Below, piece by piece: positions 37,226 through 49,031 of a stretch of DNA of 64,000 nt. Under the pieces are notes generated by a model. The model saw only the letters and a list, made by a program, of their open reading frames with translations, made no database searches and was not told where the DNA came from. Source of the DNA: an uncultured delta proteobacterium (lineage in GTDB: Bacteria; Desulfobacterota; Syntrophia; Syntrophales; UBA2185); assembly GCA_963729715.1 (NCBI GenBank), contig CAVSPA010000004.1, forward strand, positions 96,001 through 160,000, in the 5' to 3' direction. Position 1 is the first letter of the stretch. Every line of letters begins with the position of its first letter. The position numbers and the translations under genes were made by a program.

Positions 37226-40200
37226 ATGAAAAAATTTGATCCGCTTAACAGTCCCCTTGACGGGAAAAATCTTATTGAGGCCGCAGCGGGCACGGGAAAG
37301 ACCTATGCTGTAACGTGCCTTTTTGTCCGCCTCATCATCGAGAAGAGGCTGCCTGTCAGAGACATACTCGTGGTCACCTTTACCGTCGCGGCTACCGAAG
37401 AGCTGAAGGACAGGGTCCGGAAAATACTCAAAGATGCCCTGGATTCATTTACCTGGGGGCGAAGTGACGAAGTTTTCTTAAGAGGGCTTTTGGAAAAATA
37501 TCCTGATGAAGCTGACCGGAAGATAGCAGTAGAGACGCTCACAGCTGCCGTCAGGGATTTCGATGAGGCGGCAATTTTTACCATTCACGGCTTCTGCCAG
37601 AGGATGCTTTATGAGAACGCCTTTGAGAGCGGCGCCCTCTTTGATGTGGAACTGGTGACAAATCAGGAAGACCTGCGAAAGGAGATAGTGGAGGATTTCT
37701 GGAGACGACATTTTTACGACGCCCTTCCGGAGTTGGTGGAGTACGCCATGAATCGGGACTTCAATCCCAGATATTTCCTCAAATTGTTGGACAATAACGC
37801 CATGAACCCCGATGTCATAATAGTTCCGGAAGTGGATCCTCCGGAGACCGGCGCAATTGCCGGGGCGCTGACGGTCTTCGAAGGGGAAGTCAGCAGTCTT
37901 CGCGAGATGTGGAAGAGTTCGAAGGGAGAAATCGTGGCAATGCTGAAAAGCCCGGGTCTCAAGGCTAATATCTACGGCAGCAGGGTGCCTGCCATGGTAG
38001 AGGCCATGCAAGGTTTTCTTGCATCAGACGGGCAACACTTGATGCTGTTTAGAGATTTTGAAAAATTCACACAGGTAAAAATCAGCGCATCATTAAAGAA
38101 GGGTGCCGAACCTACGTGCCATGAGTTTTTCGCTTTGTGCCAGGACGCCGCTGTCACGGCGCGTGCAGTGAGAGATCTCATGGAAAGACATCTTCTATTT
38201 CTCAAGACCGAGATGATCAGAACTGCCCGGAGGGAGATCGCCGCCCGGAAGGGCCTGCGGAACATCATGTTTTATGATGATCTGCTGTTGAAAATGCGGT
38301 CAGCGTTGGAAGGAGCGGGGGGTGACGTCCTTGCGGCAGCAATCAGGCGCAAATACAAGTCTGCGATAATCGACGAATTTCAGGATACGGACACAATTCA
38401 GTACGCTATTTTCCACACCATTTTTGGAAGGGAAGGTGGAGACCTTTTTCTCATCGGCGATCCTAAACAGACTATATTCGACTTCCGGGGTGCGGATGTG
38501 TTTGCCTACATGAAGGCGGCATCCGTCGTGGAAACGAAATATGCCCTCCGCGAGAACTGGCGGTCCGAACCAGGATTGGTGAAGGCTGTCAATACTCTCT
38601 TCTCGCACAGAGATAACGCTTTCGTTCATGAGAGGATTCATTTTCAACCGGCTGAGGCGGCCTGCGGTAAAGTTCACAGATATCTGAAAGTGAAAGGCAA
38701 GCTCGAAGCGCCGTTACACCTGTGGATCGTTCCTACAGAGAGACACGCGGCCGCCGCAAAAGGCCTGGCGAAGGGCAGGGCGAGGTCTCTGATTTGCCGT
38801 GCCGTGGCATCTGAGATAGCGAGATTGCTGGAATTGGGCAGGGAAGGGAAAGCGCAGATCGGAGAGGAACCCATACACGAGGGAGATATCGCCGTTCTGG
38901 TAAGGACCAATAGGGAGGCAATGCTTATTCAAGACTCTCTCTCTGAAATAGGCATTCCGAGTGTCCTCCATATGAAGGAAAATATCTTTGATTCCCGCGA
39001 AGCAATGGAAGTGGAAAGGGTATTGACGGGGATTGTCTATCCGGATCGTGGAGGACTCGTAAGGGGAGCCTTGACTTCCGATATGATGGGCGTATGCGGC
39101 GAGGATCTGGATAGATTCACGAAGGACGAAAACGAATGGAAGATATGGATCGAGCGTTTCTGGAATTACCATGAAATCTGGCTTGCACATGGGTTTATCA
39201 GGATGTTCAGGCAATTCGTGGCTGCAGAACATGTCAAAGAGCGTCTTCTCGGGTATCCTGACGGCGAGCGACGGCTGACCAATGTTCTGCATCTCTCTGA
39301 ACTACTGCAGCGCGAGTCTGCAGGAAAGAGGCTGGGACCGATGTCACTCCTCAGGTGGCTTATGAAGCAAAGGGGGTCCCAAACCGTGCGATCCGATGAA
39401 GATCAGATCCGGCTGGAAAGCGACGAAAAGGCAGTGAAGGTCGTTACCGTCCATAAGAGCAAGGGCCTCGAGTATCCCGTTGTCTTTTGTCCTTTTGTGT
39501 GGGGAGATTCGAATGTCAAGGGCGATGTGTTGTCTTTTCATGATGAACACAATGATTGGAGATTGACCTGCGACATCGGATCATCCGACCGGGAATGCAG
39601 TAAAGAGAGTGCGCGAAAGGAGCTTCTCGCTGAAAATGTCCGTCTTCTCTATGTAGCTCTTACCAGGGCAAGGCATCGATGTTATTTGGTTTGGGGAAAA
39701 TTCAATGAGGCAGGAACTTCAGCTCCTGCATATCTGTTCCACAGGTGCGCGGCGGAGTCCTCCGGCGATGTCATCGATGCGACTGATGAGCGGTTCTGTA
39801 ATTTGGGCGATAAGGAACTTTTCGACGACATTGCACATGTTGTACAAAAGTCCGAAGGCACCATAGATGCCCACGAGATGCCCGTCTCTGCAACGAGTCA
39901 ATACCGCGCGCGCAACGATAAGGGCGAGAGCATAGAGTGCCGCCGTTTTTCTCGGACCATTGACAGATCCTGGAAGATAACGAGCTTCTCTTACCTCACT
40001 TCCGATAGACCCCACGTTGCGGATCTCCCGGACAGGGATACCGGTCCTCACATGGATATTTCCGATGAAGATGCGACCGGCTCTCAGGCGTCGGGTATCT
40101 TCGCATTCCCTAAAGGCGCGAGGGCGGGGAGTTTTCTGCATGACATCATGGAGCATATGGATTATGCGCAAAAAGATATGGACGCGGCAAGAGCCCTCGT

Positions 40201-40846
40201 TTCGCAGAAACTGCCTGAATACGGCTTCGAGGATAAGTGGGTTGATACAGTCGTCTCCATGCTGAAGAATGTCGTCGACATGCCTCTTGATTCCGAGGAC
40301 GGCAGGTTGAAGCTCGCGGCTGTAAACGTCCGCGACCGCATCAATGAAGTTGAATTCTATTTTCCACTGAGGCGCATTTCTCCGGAAGTGCTCAGGTCAA
40401 TTTATAATGTTGCCGGATCGAGGCGTAAAACGGAAGGCGTGCGGGCAATTCCTGAGATTATGGAGAAGCTCCGGTTCAGCCCCGCGCGGGGATACATGAA
40501 AGGCTACATGGACATGGTGTTCAGCCACGCGAACAGGTTTTACTTGGTTGACTGGAAATCAAACTTCTTAGGCGGCCAGGCGACTGATTACAACAGAGAT
40601 GCACTTTCCCGCGTGATGGCGGAGTCCTTTTACTTTCTCCAATATCATATCTATACAGTGGCTCTGAATAAGTTTCTGCAACTGCGGATCTCCGATTATA
40701 AATATGAGACACATTTCGGGGGAGTGTATTATCTATTCCTCCGCGGAATGGATCCTGCCTGCGGCCCGGGTTGCGGAATTTATTATGACCGCCCGGAGGA
40801 GCGACTCATCAGGAACTTGACCGAGACCTTGATTGGCGAAGCTTAA
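37226..40846 (+). CDS. recB: Exodeoxyribonuclease V beta subunit
   Basis: IEAAAGTGKT, TIHGFC, IDEFQDTD, GDPKQ, HKSKGLEY, LYVALTRA; nuclease motif DMVF...VDWKSN. Confidence 0.95.
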   Translation: MKKFDPLNSPLDGKNLIEAAAGTGKTYAVTCLFVRLIIEKRLPVRDILVVTFTVAATEELKDRVRKILKDALDSFTWGRSDEVFLRGLLEKYPDEADRKIAVETLTAAVRDFDEAAIFTIHGFCQRMLYENAFESGALFDVELVTNQEDLRKEIVEDFWRRHFYDALPELVEYAMNRDFNPRYFLKLLDNNAMNPDVIIVPEVDPPETGAIAGALTVFEGEVSSLREMWKSSKGEIVAMLKSPGLKANIYGSRVPAMVEAMQGFLASDGQHLMLFRDFEKFTQVKISASLKKGAEPTCHEFFALCQDAAVTARAVRDLMERHLLFLKTEMIRTARREIAARKGLRNIMFYDDLLLKMRSALEGAGGDVLAAAIRRKYKSAIIDEFQDTDTIQYAIFHTIFGREGGDLFLIGDPKQTIFDFRGADVFAYMKAASVVETKYALRENWRSEPGLVKAVNTLFSHRDNAFVHERIHFQPAEAACGKVHRYLKVKGKLEAPLHLWIVPTERHAAAAKGLAKGRARSLICRAVASEIARLLELGREGKAQIGEEPIHEGDIAVLVRTNREAMLIQDSLSEIGIPSVLHMKENIFDSREAMEVERVLTGIVYPDRGGLVRGALTSDMMGVCGEDLDRFTKDENEWKIWIERFWNYHEIWLAHGFIRMFRQFVAAEHVKERLLGYPDGERRLTNVLHLSELLQRESAGKRLGPMSLLRWLMKQRGSQTVRSDEDQIRLESDEKAVKVVTVHKSKGLEYPVVFCPFVWGDSNVKGDVLSFHDEHNDWRLTCDIGSSDRECSKESARKELLAENVRLLYVALTRARHRCYLVWGKFNEAGTSAPAYLFHRCAAESSGDVIDATDERFCNLGDKELFDDIAHVVQKSEGTIDAHEMPVSATSQYRARNDKGESIECRRFSRTIDRSWKITSFSYLTSDRPHVADLPDRDTGPHMDISDEDATGSQASGIFAFPKGARAGSFLHDIMEHMDYAQKDMDAARALVSQKLPEYGFEDKWVDTVVSMLKNVVDMPLDSEDGRLKLAAVNVRDRINEVEFYFPLRRISPEVLRSIYNVAGSRRKTEGVRAIPEIMEKLRFSPARGYMKGYMDMVFSHANRFYLVDWKSNFLGGQATDYNRDALSRVMAESFYFLQYHIYTVALNKFLQLRISDYKYETHFGGVYYLFLRGMDPACGPGCGIYYDRPEERLIRNLTETLIGEA

Positions 40847-40857
40847 GAGCGTCGCAG

Positions 40858-42738
40858 GTGTTAATCATGAATGGAACACAGCCTAGCCTCGATAAGAAGT
40901 ACTTTTCCGACCTGGATATTCACTTTGCCAGCTTCATGGGACGACTTTCGGAAAGCCATGCACCTGAGATTCTGCTTGCCGCGGCACTGGTCAGCCGTTT
41001 CACGAGAGAGGGGAACATATGCCTTGACCTCCGATCCGTAGAAGGCACGCTCTTAAACAGTGACAATGATGGTGCGGATGCGATGGTACTGCCGGCGTTG
41101 GCAGAATGGTCTCTCACCCTTGAAGAATGTAAAGTTGTGGGAAGGCCCGGTGACTTTAAACCCCTCATCCTCGACAGTCGGTCGCGCCTATATCTCTATC
41201 GCTATTGGGATTATGAAAGGACGCTTGCCGATTTCATCAAAGGTCGGATCGGAATCGCAGAGAATAATAGTAGGCCTGGTCTTGGAGAAGCAGATACGGC
41301 GCTATTCAGGGGGAGTCTGTTCAGGTTGTTTCCTGCGACACCGGATGATGGAGATACGGACTGGGCGAGGATTGCCGCGGTCACGGCGTTCCTGAAGAGA
41401 TTTTGCGTGATATCCGGCAGTCCCGGCACGGGCAAGACAACTGTCGTGGCAAAGGTATTGGCACTTCTCTTAGAGCAGTCAAACGGTAAAGAGCTGAAGA
41501 TCGCACTGGCTGCTCCAACGGGTAAGGCTGCATTTCGTCTCCAAGAGTCGATCAGGAAGAACAGGGAGGGATTGGCGTCGCCGGACGCCGTCAAGGCGGC
41601 CATTCCCGACAATGCAACGACCATCCACCGCCTTCTCGGTAATTTAAGAAATTCGCCCTACTTCCGGCACAATGAAAAGAACCCTCTCGCATTTAATCTG
41701 GTCGTTATAGACGAGGCGTCCATGGTTGACCTGCCGCTCATGTCCAAACTTGTCCGGGCAATGCCGCCGGAGGCGAGATTAATTCTTCTCGGAGACAGGG
41801 ATCAGCTCTCTTCTGTGGAGGCTGGTGCTGTCCTCGGCGATATCTGCGGGATCGGAGAGACGAGACCGTATTCATCTGATTTTGCCGGCGCCCTGAAAAC
41901 ACTCACGGGGCGGGTTCCTGCGGGTACCGATGCCGTCAGCACACCCGGCATCCAGGACTGCATCGCGGGGCTCAAGAAGAACTACCGCTTTGAAAAAGAT
42001 TCGGGAATAAGCAGGGCGTGTAATGAAGTAAATGCAGGGAACAGCCAGGGCGCCATGGAGGTCTTGAGGTCGGAAGCATACGGAGATATCTCCTGGTCGG
42101 ATATAAGGAGGCCGGATGCTGTGATTTCGGCGGTAAGAAAAGTTATAAACAAAAGGTTTAGTAATTATTCGCAAGTCATTGATTTACATGATAATGTGGA
42201 GCATGCCCTAGATTTCTTCGAAGAGTTTCGTATTCTCTGCGCCGTAAGGCAAGGGCCTCTCGGCGTGGCGGCTGTCAACCGGATTGTTGAGAGCATTCTC
42301 AAGGAGGCCGGCCTTATAAGACAGGAAGGACGGTGGTACAGCGGGAGGCCGGTGATGGTTACGCGAAATGACTATAACCTCAGGCTCTTCAACGGAGATG
42401 TCGGCATTATCCTGCCTGACAATGGCGAGGATAATGAATTGCGGGCCTTCTTCAGGGATGTCGGGGGCAATATTAGGAAGTTCCCGCCTGTGATGTTACC
42501 AGAGCATGAAACTGTTTTCGCCATGACGGTTCATAAGAGCCAGGGCTCCGAGTTCGAAAATGTTCTGTTCATTCTCCCTGATTATGATTCTCCCGTGCTG
42601 ACCCGCGAGCTTGTCTATACAGGAATTACAAGGGCGAAAAAGCATGTGGAGATATGGGGAAGTGAGGGGATCTTTCGCGCCGCCGTATCAAGACGCATCA
42701 TACGCACGTCAGGGCTATATGACGCACTCTATACTTAA
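40858..42738 (+). CDS. recD: Exodeoxyribonuclease V alpha subunit
   Basis: GSPGTGKTT, APTGKAA, TIHRLLG, DEASM, TVHKSQGSEF, YTGITRA. Confidence 0.95.
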   Translation: MLIMNGTQPSLDKKYFSDLDIHFASFMGRLSESHAPEILLAAALVSRFTREGNICLDLRSVEGTLLNSDNDGADAMVLPALAEWSLTLEECKVVGRPGDFKPLILDSRSRLYLYRYWDYERTLADFIKGRIGIAENNSRPGLGEADTALFRGSLFRLFPATPDDGDTDWARIAAVTAFLKRFCVISGSPGTGKTTVVAKVLALLLEQSNGKELKIALAAPTGKAAFRLQESIRKNREGLASPDAVKAAIPDNATTIHRLLGNLRNSPYFRHNEKNPLAFNLVVIDEASMVDLPLMSKLVRAMPPEARLILLGDRDQLSSVEAGAVLGDICGIGETRPYSSDFAGALKTLTGRVPAGTDAVSTPGIQDCIAGLKKNYRFEKDSGISRACNEVNAGNSQGAMEVLRSEAYGDISWSDIRRPDAVISAVRKVINKRFSNYSQVIDLHDNVEHALDFFEEFRILCAVRQGPLGVAAVNRIVESILKEAGLIRQEGRWYSGRPVMVTRNDYNLRLFNGDVGIILPDNGEDNELRAFFRDVGGNIRKFPPVMLPEHETVFAMTVHKSQGSEFENVLFILPDYDSPVLTRELVYTGITRAKKHVEIWGSEGIFRAAVSRRIIRTSGLYDALYT

Positions 42739-42777
42739 TGATACGGCGAAACTTATCTGATCAGGTTTGTGGTTGAA

Positions 42778-43245
42778 TCAGAAGTCATCATCCCTGAAGC
42801 CGAAGTAATCCTCCAGTATTTCTCCATGGTCAAATGCGATAGGTTCGGGCAGCGTATCTCTCGTAAATATGCCCACCTCTTTGGCGTCATCGGCGGCGCG
42901 CGGGGCGCCGCTCGCCTTTGCGATATAGACGGTGGATATCGAGTGGTGGCGGGGGTCTCTGTCCGGCCTCGAGTATGTATGAAACTGTCCGATGAGCTTT
43001 ATGTCGAGCCCGGTTTCTTCTTTGGCTTCTCTCACTGCGGCATCTTCAAGTGATTCTCCATAGTCGACAAAGCCGCCTGGGAGTGCCCATCCGAAGGGAT
43101 AATTCTTACGGGAAATGAGAATAACGCCCCGGTCATCGAGCTCGATGATGATATCCACTGTCGGAAAGGGATTCCGGTAGTGCTTTTCTTCTCCGCCACA
43201 GTTGGTGCTACGCACTTTTCTCTTGGCGCCCATGACCTTCCACAC
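42778..43245 (-). CDS. NUDIX hydrolase (ADP-ribose pyrophosphatase-like)
   Basis: Nudix box [32 protein letters not shown]. Confidence 0.9.
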   Translation of the reverse strand: MWKVMGAKRKVRSTNCGGEEKHYRNPFPTVDIIIELDDRGVILISRKNYPFGWALPGGFVDYGESLEDAAVREAKEETGLDIKLIGQFHTYSRPDRDPRHHSISTVYIAKASGAPRAADDAKEVGIFTRDTLPEPIAFDHGEILEDYFGFRDDDF

Positions 43246-43304
43246 TACGATTAGAATACCGTGCCTTGCCGGCCCCGCATTTGCTTGCGATAATCTGCAA
43301 CAAT

Positions 43305-43925
43305 CTATCCATTCTTGAGGTAGGCCTCCACTCTTTTTAAGAAATCACCGATCTCCGGGAAGAGCCCGTCTGCAAGATTGAAGCACCCTGTAAATACCGC
43401 AAGTGTGGGCGGGAGGGAATAGGTGTAAGCAGAAGTCCATTCAGGGAGACCGAATTTGGAGCTCGCAATCAGGGCGACGAAGCCCGTAAGAGGAAGGCCG
43501 CAGATTGCGATTCTGCCGAACATGCCGCGGTTCAGGTAAAGGAATCTTGAGATATGGAGTACTTTACACGTCACCCCGGTACCTATACACACGAGGAAGG
43601 CCAGAATGTTCATCTTCAGGGAGAATTCGAGAAGATTCCTGCCGAGAATGTTGAAGGTCCTTTGGGCGTGAAGCGGAAATTCCGCGAGATAATACTGGCC
43701 CACGTATGTCGCTATATAAACATGCCACAGCATCTTTAAAAAATAAAGAAGAACGGCATATCCGGCTGTGGCAGCTGCCACCAGGAGGCCTGCCTCAATC
43801 AACGCGCCGCACAGAGTTTTTAGGCAGGCGAAGAATCTCAATATCATGGATTCCGTATTACTGCGTTTGTGTATAACAGGCGGCATGGTGTTCGCCCCGA
43901 TGAAAGAGGAACTAACACTGAACAC
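43305..43925 (-). CDS. Hypothetical membrane protein
   Basis: About four hydrophobic segments; no motif recognised; start uncertain. Confidence 0.6.
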   Translation of the reverse strand: MFSVSSSFIGANTMPPVIHKRSNTESMILRFFACLKTLCGALIEAGLLVAAATAGYAVLLYFLKMLWHVYIATYVGQYYLAEFPLHAQRTFNILGRNLLEFSLKMNILAFLVCIGTGVTCKVLHISRFLYLNRGMFGRIAICGLPLTGFVALIASSKFGLPEWTSAYTYSLPPTLAVFTGCFNLADGLFPEIGDFLKRVEAYLKNG

Positions 43926-44029
43926 AGACCCGCTTCAATCCGATATCAAGTCACTGCGCGCTAAATTGGACCTGCCCCGCTACAAAGCTTCTGCAACGGA
44001 GGGAAAAAGTTCCGTTCGATTAACAGACG

Positions 44030-45820
44030 CTATTTCTTTAGCAGCCTATTTTCAAGAGCGTTTAATTCGTCTCTGAGACCCTGAGGGAGCTTGTCTCCGA
44101 ATTGGCTGTAATGTTTCTTTATGCCCTCCACCTCCTGGAGCCAGGCGTTAACATCAACTCTAAGAAGTTCCGCCATGTCCTGGTCTGACACGTTAAGACC
44201 CGAAAGATCAATTGCACCGGGAGCAGGCACATAACCGATGGGTGTTTCCACGGCCTTGCCGGTTCCGTCGATCCTTTCGCAGATCCATTTGAGGACGCGG
44301 CTGTTCTCACCGTAGCCCGGCCATAACCACTTACCGTCTGACGTTTTGCGGAACCAGTTTACATAGAAGATCTTGGGTAGATTCTTCGCGTCCGTCTTCT
44401 TTCCTATGTCGAGCCAGTGCTTGAAATAGTCGCCCATGTGGTAGCCGCAGAAAGGCAGCATTGCGAAAGGGTCTCTCCGCACATCACCGACTGTTCCGGC
44501 CGCTGCGGCGGTTTTTTCGGAGCTGGCGATTGATCCCATAAAGGTGCCGTGCTGCCAGCTGAAGGCCTCGCATACGAGAGGTATCACAGTGGCCCGCCGG
44601 CCGCCGAATAGAAATGCGGAGACAGGAACGCCTTTGGGGTCCACCCACGCGGGATCAATGACAGGACATTGGCCTGCCGGGGATGTGAAGCGCGCGTTGG
44701 GATGTGATGAATCACGGCCGGACGCGCGCGTCCAGGGCTGCCCTTTCCAGTCAATGAGTTTCTCGGGCTTCTCCTTTGTCATTCCTTCCCACCAGACATC
44801 GCCGTCAGGCGTTAATGCGACATTGGTAAAAATAGAATTCTTGGTCATGCTGAGCATGGCGTTTGGATTGGACTCCATCGATGTCCCCGGAGCAACGCCG
44901 AAGAAACCGTATTCAGGATTGATGGCGTGGAGTTTTTCGTCAGCGTCGAACTTCATCCATGCAATATCGTCTCCCACGGTCTCTACTTTCCATCCGGGAA
45001 TTGTCGGTATCAGCATGGCAAGATTGGTCTTGCCACAGGCGCTGGGGAAGGCGCCTGTAATATAGCGTTTCACACCTTTCGGGGATGTAATCCCTAATAT
45101 CAGCATGTGTTCGGCCATCCAGACCTGGTCACGTGCCATAACCGAAGCAATGCGAAGCGAAAAGCATTTCTTGCCCAGGAGGGCATTTCCGCCATAACCG
45201 CTTCCGAAGGACCAGATTTCTCTCGTCTCGGGAAAGTGGACTATGTATTTGTGCTCGTTATTGCAGGGCCACAGCACGTCCTTCTCGCCGGGCTTAAGCG
45301 GCTTGCCGACAGAGTGCAGGCAGGGGACGAAGTTTCCGTCCTTTCCGAGGATGTCAAGAACGGCTTTGCCCATGCGCGTCATGATCTTCATGTTGCAGAC
45401 TACATACGGCGAATCGGTTATCTCAATGCCGATATGGGCGATCTTGGAGCCGAGCGGCCCCATGCTGAATGGGATGACATACATGGTTCTTCCCCTCATG
45501 GAGCCGCTGAATAACCCGATGAGGGTTTTCTTCATTTCTTCGGGGTCGGACCAGTTATTTGTCGGCCCGGCGTCCTCTTTCTTTTTCGAACAGATAAACG
45601 TGCGTTCTTCGACCCGTGCCACATCTGCGGGATCAGACCTGGAGAGATAACAGTTCGGCCTCTTCTGCTCATTCAGTTTAATGAAAGTGCCGGACTTGAC
45701 AAGGGCGCCACACATTTCATCATATTCCTTTTCTGATCCATCGCACCAATGCACGCGCTCGGGCTTGCAAAGATGTGCCATTTCCTCTACCCATTTAACA
45801 AGTTTCTGATTCGATGTCAT
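44030..45820 (-). CDS. pckG: Phosphoenolpyruvate carboxykinase (GTP)
   Basis: [50 protein letters not shown]. Confidence 0.96.
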   Translation of the reverse strand: MTSNQKLVKWVEEMAHLCKPERVHWCDGSEKEYDEMCGALVKSGTFIKLNEQKRPNCYLSRSDPADVARVEERTFICSKKKEDAGPTNNWSDPEEMKKTLIGLFSGSMRGRTMYVIPFSMGPLGSKIAHIGIEITDSPYVVCNMKIMTRMGKAVLDILGKDGNFVPCLHSVGKPLKPGEKDVLWPCNNEHKYIVHFPETREIWSFGSGYGGNALLGKKCFSLRIASVMARDQVWMAEHMLILGITSPKGVKRYITGAFPSACGKTNLAMLIPTIPGWKVETVGDDIAWMKFDADEKLHAINPEYGFFGVAPGTSMESNPNAMLSMTKNSIFTNVALTPDGDVWWEGMTKEKPEKLIDWKGQPWTRASGRDSSHPNARFTSPAGQCPVIDPAWVDPKGVPVSAFLFGGRRATVIPLVCEAFSWQHGTFMGSIASSEKTAAAAGTVGDVRRDPFAMLPFCGYHMGDYFKHWLDIGKKTDAKNLPKIFYVNWFRKTSDGKWLWPGYGENSRVLKWICERIDGTGKAVETPIGYVPAPGAIDLSGLNVSDQDMAELLRVDVNAWLQEVEGIKKHYSQFGDKLPQGLRDELNALENRLLKK

Positions 45821-46155
45821 CGCTATCCTTCTTTCTAAAAATGTTATCTTCTACGAATTCGTAAAAATATCTTTCTTACGAAGACGTTCATTCATAACTC
45901 CGTGTGCGAGATTTAGTCAAACCATTTTTGTCAATTGCGTTCTACGAGAATCGTTTCCGGGACCTGCATCCACATGTTTAGGTTGAATTTAGGGAAGATG
46001 TGAAGATGACTTAAATCTCGCTGACTCTAATTTCCGCATAACGCCCCATTCTAAGTTTTGAAAGTATAGACAAGAGGGCTTTATGTGTCAAGAGAAAACG
46101 CGTGCATGTATGGTGGAACAAGTATCCCTTTTCCGGCAGAAATAAGAAATGAGCC

Positions 46156-46184
46156 TTGACAATTGCAGGGCAATAAATTAGTTT
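46156..46184 (+). promoter_or_regulatory. Putative sigma70 promoter of the EIIA-rimI-pyrKD unit
   Basis: TTGACA-N17-TAGTTT, 33 nt upstream of the ATG. Confidence 0.5.
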
Positions 46185-46217
46185 ACGCATCGGTGAAGGA
46201 CTTTCAGGAGACAGACG

Positions 46218-46625
46218 ATGATCGGCGTTCTCATAACAACCCATGGCAATCTCGGCAGTGAACTGATAAAGGCAGCTGAGCTGATAAAAGGGAAATTCGA
46301 AGGGGTGAGCTGCGTCTCCGTGGATCAGAAGAAGGGGATGGAAGACATAAAGAAGGAAATGAGCCAGTTGATCAAGAAACTGGACCATGGCCAGGGTGTC
46401 TTGATACTGACGGATCTCTTCGGCGGCACACCTTCAAACATCTCCCTGTCTTTCCTGAAAGAAGGAAAACTGGAGGTCGTAACCGGCGTAAATCTGCCGA
46501 TGCTTCTGAAACTTGATGAAAAGAGGCAGGAAATGAAGCTGAAGGATTTTGCCTCCTATATAAAGGAGTACGGCAAGAAGAATATTTACTTAGCGAGCGA
46601 GGTATTGAGCAAAAAGGTGGAATAG
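46218..46625 (+). CDS. PTS EIIA component, mannose/fructose family
   Basis: MIGVLITTHG, LTDLFGGTPSN, TGVNLPML. Confidence 0.92.
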   Translation: MIGVLITTHGNLGSELIKAAELIKGKFEGVSCVSVDQKKGMEDIKKEMSQLIKKLDHGQGVLILTDLFGGTPSNISLSFLKEGKLEVVTGVNLPMLLKLDEKRQEMKLKDFASYIKEYGKKNIYLASEVLSKKVE

Positions 46626-46685
46626 AGAATTGATGCACATATATCATGCACACGCGCGGCATGATTAAGACAATGAAATAACCCC

Positions 46686-47228
46686 ATGGCGTTTCCCTCC
46701 CAACAGCATCCGTCAGGATGTACACATCCGGGCCAGATGGATCAACAATCGATTGAAATCATAAGTATGGCATTAGAAGATCTCGACGATATTTTAGCCA
46801 TTGAGATTTCATCGTTTTCCAGGCCGTGGTCGAAAGATGTGTTTATGCGGGAACTTCAAATACCCATCTCTCGCAACCTCATGGCGCGGATTCATAAAGA
46901 TCAACATAACCAAATTGCAGGATACGTGACCTACTGGATAATTGCCGGAGAACTTCAGGTTCATAAAATTTGTGTCAGGGAGGACTTGAGAAAATCAGGG
47001 ATCGCCTCGAGGCTCATGGCGGAAATGATCAGGCTCTCCCAGTGTGAAGGCGTCACCCTTTGCAGCCTGGAAGTCGGCCGATCAAATGAAGGCGCGAAAC
47101 GGTTGTATGAAAAATTCGGCTTTGAGGTTACGGATATAAGACCGCATTATTATACAGAATCGGGAGACGATGCACTGATCTTATGTGCGGAGCTGAAAAA
47201 ATGTTTGCAATTTATCGGTAAAGAATAA
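46686..47228 (+). CDS. rimI: Ribosomal protein S18 alanine N-acetyltransferase
   Basis: IEISSFSRPWS, RKSGIA, LEV..SN..AKRLYEKFGF...RPHYY...GDDA; true start may be 46737. Confidence 0.85.
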   Translation: MAFPSQQHPSGCTHPGQMDQQSIEIISMALEDLDDILAIEISSFSRPWSKDVFMRELQIPISRNLMARIHKDQHNQIAGYVTYWIIAGELQVHKICVREDLRKSGIASRLMAEMIRLSQCEGVTLCSLEVGRSNEGAKRLYEKFGFEVTDIRPHYYTESGDDALILCAELKKCLQFIGKE

Positions 47229-47243
47229 ATTATAGACTTCATA

Positions 47244-48047
47244 ATGAATGGTAAAATCCTTAAAAACGAGGAAATATGCACGGGGCATTTTTTACTGAAG
47301 GTGAGGCTGCCTCTCACATTTAAGGCGCCCATGCCCGGACAGTTTATCATGGCGCGGGAGCCGGGTCGCATTGATCCGCTCCTGGGAAGACCGTTCGGTG
47401 TTTATGGTTTTGAAGGGTCCCAGGATGAAGTAACAGTCGAGATACTCTATAAGGTTGTAGGAAAAGGCACGCTGCTGCTGTCGAGGCTTACGGAGGGCGA
47501 TTTCATAGAGGTCTTGGGTCCACATGGCCGGGCGTTTGATATTGACCCGGATGCTGGAAAGGTTGTCTTTGTATGCGGGGGAATAGGCGTTGCTCCGATC
47601 ACATATCTTGCGTCGCATTACAGAAGACTCACCAAGGCGAAGGATGTCGAGCTGATCTGCTATTATGGTGCAAGTAAGGCGGCAAACCTTGTCGGCATCG
47701 AAAAGTTAAAAAAAATATGCAGCCACGTATTCATAAGCACGGACGACGGTTCTCATGGTTTTCAGGGACTGATAACGGAAAGATTCTCAGCAGATATTTC
47801 ATCCTATGATCCCGGAAGTGCGAAGATATACGCATGCGGCCCGCGATCCATGTTAAAGGAATTAGCAGAGCTCCTGGTAGAGAATTCGGTGTTCTGTCAG
47901 ATATTGATCGAGGAACGCATGGCGTGCGGTCTGGGAGCATGCCTCGGCTGTACGGTCTTGTTGAAAGAGGGCGAAGGAAGAGGGGAGCACGCGCGCGCCT
48001 GCATGGAGGGACCCGTGTTCAACATTGGGGACATCCACTGGGATTAA
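47244..48047 (+). CDS. pyrK: Dihydroorotate dehydrogenase electron transfer subunit
   Basis: PGQF, RPF, GGIGVAP, ACGP, EERMACGLGACLGC...CMEGPVF. Confidence 0.93.
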   Translation: MNGKILKNEEICTGHFLLKVRLPLTFKAPMPGQFIMAREPGRIDPLLGRPFGVYGFEGSQDEVTVEILYKVVGKGTLLLSRLTEGDFIEVLGPHGRAFDIDPDAGKVVFVCGGIGVAPITYLASHYRRLTKAKDVELICYYGASKAANLVGIEKLKKICSHVFISTDDGSHGFQGLITERFSADISSYDPGSAKIYACGPRSMLKELAELLVENSVFCQILIEERMACGLGACLGCTVLLKEGEGRGEHARACMEGPVFNIGDIHWD

Positions 48048-48092
48048 CTCTACACCTGCAGTTAATGAGAATCAGAAGCGAGACGGGAAACT

Positions 48093-49031
48093 ATGAAAAA
48101 TGCCGGGCCGGAAATGCAGGTTGATATAGGCGGCTTGATTATCAAGAATCCGGTGCTGACTGCTTCCGGCACTTTTGGCTATGGCAAAGAGTATGCCCCG
48201 TATCTTGATATAAGTCGTTTGGGAGCCATAATTGCCAAAGGCGTATCATTAGAGCCGAGGGCCGGAAATAAGCCTCCCAGGATTATGGAGACCCCCTGCG
48301 GCATGCTCAATGCCATAGGATTGGAAAATCCGGGCGTGCATGCATTCATTAAGGAGAAGCTGCCTTTCCTCAGGCAGTTCACGGTGCCGGTCATCGCCAA
48401 TGTCTTTGGTGAAACGATCGATGATTTCAAGAAGATTACGGAGCTGCTCTCCGAGTCGAAAGGTGTAGAAGCTCTGGAAATCAATATATCCTGCCCCAAT
48501 GTAAAGAAGGGCGGAATTATTTTCGGTTCGGACCCCGATATGGCCCACGCCGTGACCAGAGAGGTGAAGCGCCTAACAGACCTTCCCGTAATAATCAAAC
48601 TCACGCCTAACGTGACAGACATCTGTTTGATTGCAGAAAGCGTAGAGGAGGGTGGGGCGGATGCAGTGTCTCTCATTAATACACTGACGGGCATGTCTGT
48701 GGACATTGAGCGCAGGATACCCCGTCTTGCAAATATCACCGGGGGCCTCTCCGGTCCCGCCATAAGACCGATTGCCCTGAGAATGGTGTGGCAGGTGGCA
48801 AAGAGGGTCAAAATACCGGTGATCGGGATCGGAGGTATCTTAAATGCCGCTGACGCCCTGGAGTTCCTCATAGTAGGTGCGCGGGCCGTTCAGATTGGAA
48901 CCGCTAATTTTATCAATCCCTGTGCCACGACGGATGTCATCGATGGCATTGAAGATTATCTCAAGCGACATAATATAACCGATGTCAATGATCTGATTGG
49001 GACATTCGATGAGGAGGGCAATACATGTTAA
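48093..49031 (+). CDS. pyrD: Dihydroorotate dehydrogenase (class 1B) catalytic subunit
   Basis: ASGTFGYG, NAIGLENPG, EINISCPN, KLTPNVTD, GGLSGPAI. Confidence 0.95.
   Translation: MKNAGPEMQVDIGGLIIKNPVLTASGTFGYGKEYAPYLDISRLGAIIAKGVSLEPRAGNKPPRIMETPCGMLNAIGLENPGVHAFIKEKLPFLRQFTVPVIANVFGETIDDFKKITELLSESKGVEALEINISCPNVKKGGIIFGSDPDMAHAVTREVKRLTDLPVIIKLTPNVTDICLIAESVEEGGADAVSLINTLTGMSVDIERRIPRLANITGGLSGPAIRPIALRMVWQVAKRVKIPVIGIGGILNAADALEFLIVGARAVQIGTANFINPCATTDVIDGIEDYLKRHNITDVNDLIGTFDEEGNTC

Noticed and set aside
33879..42738. recCBD as a defence or novel helicase-nuclease system
   Set aside because: Canonical order and motifs; ordinary housekeeping genes.
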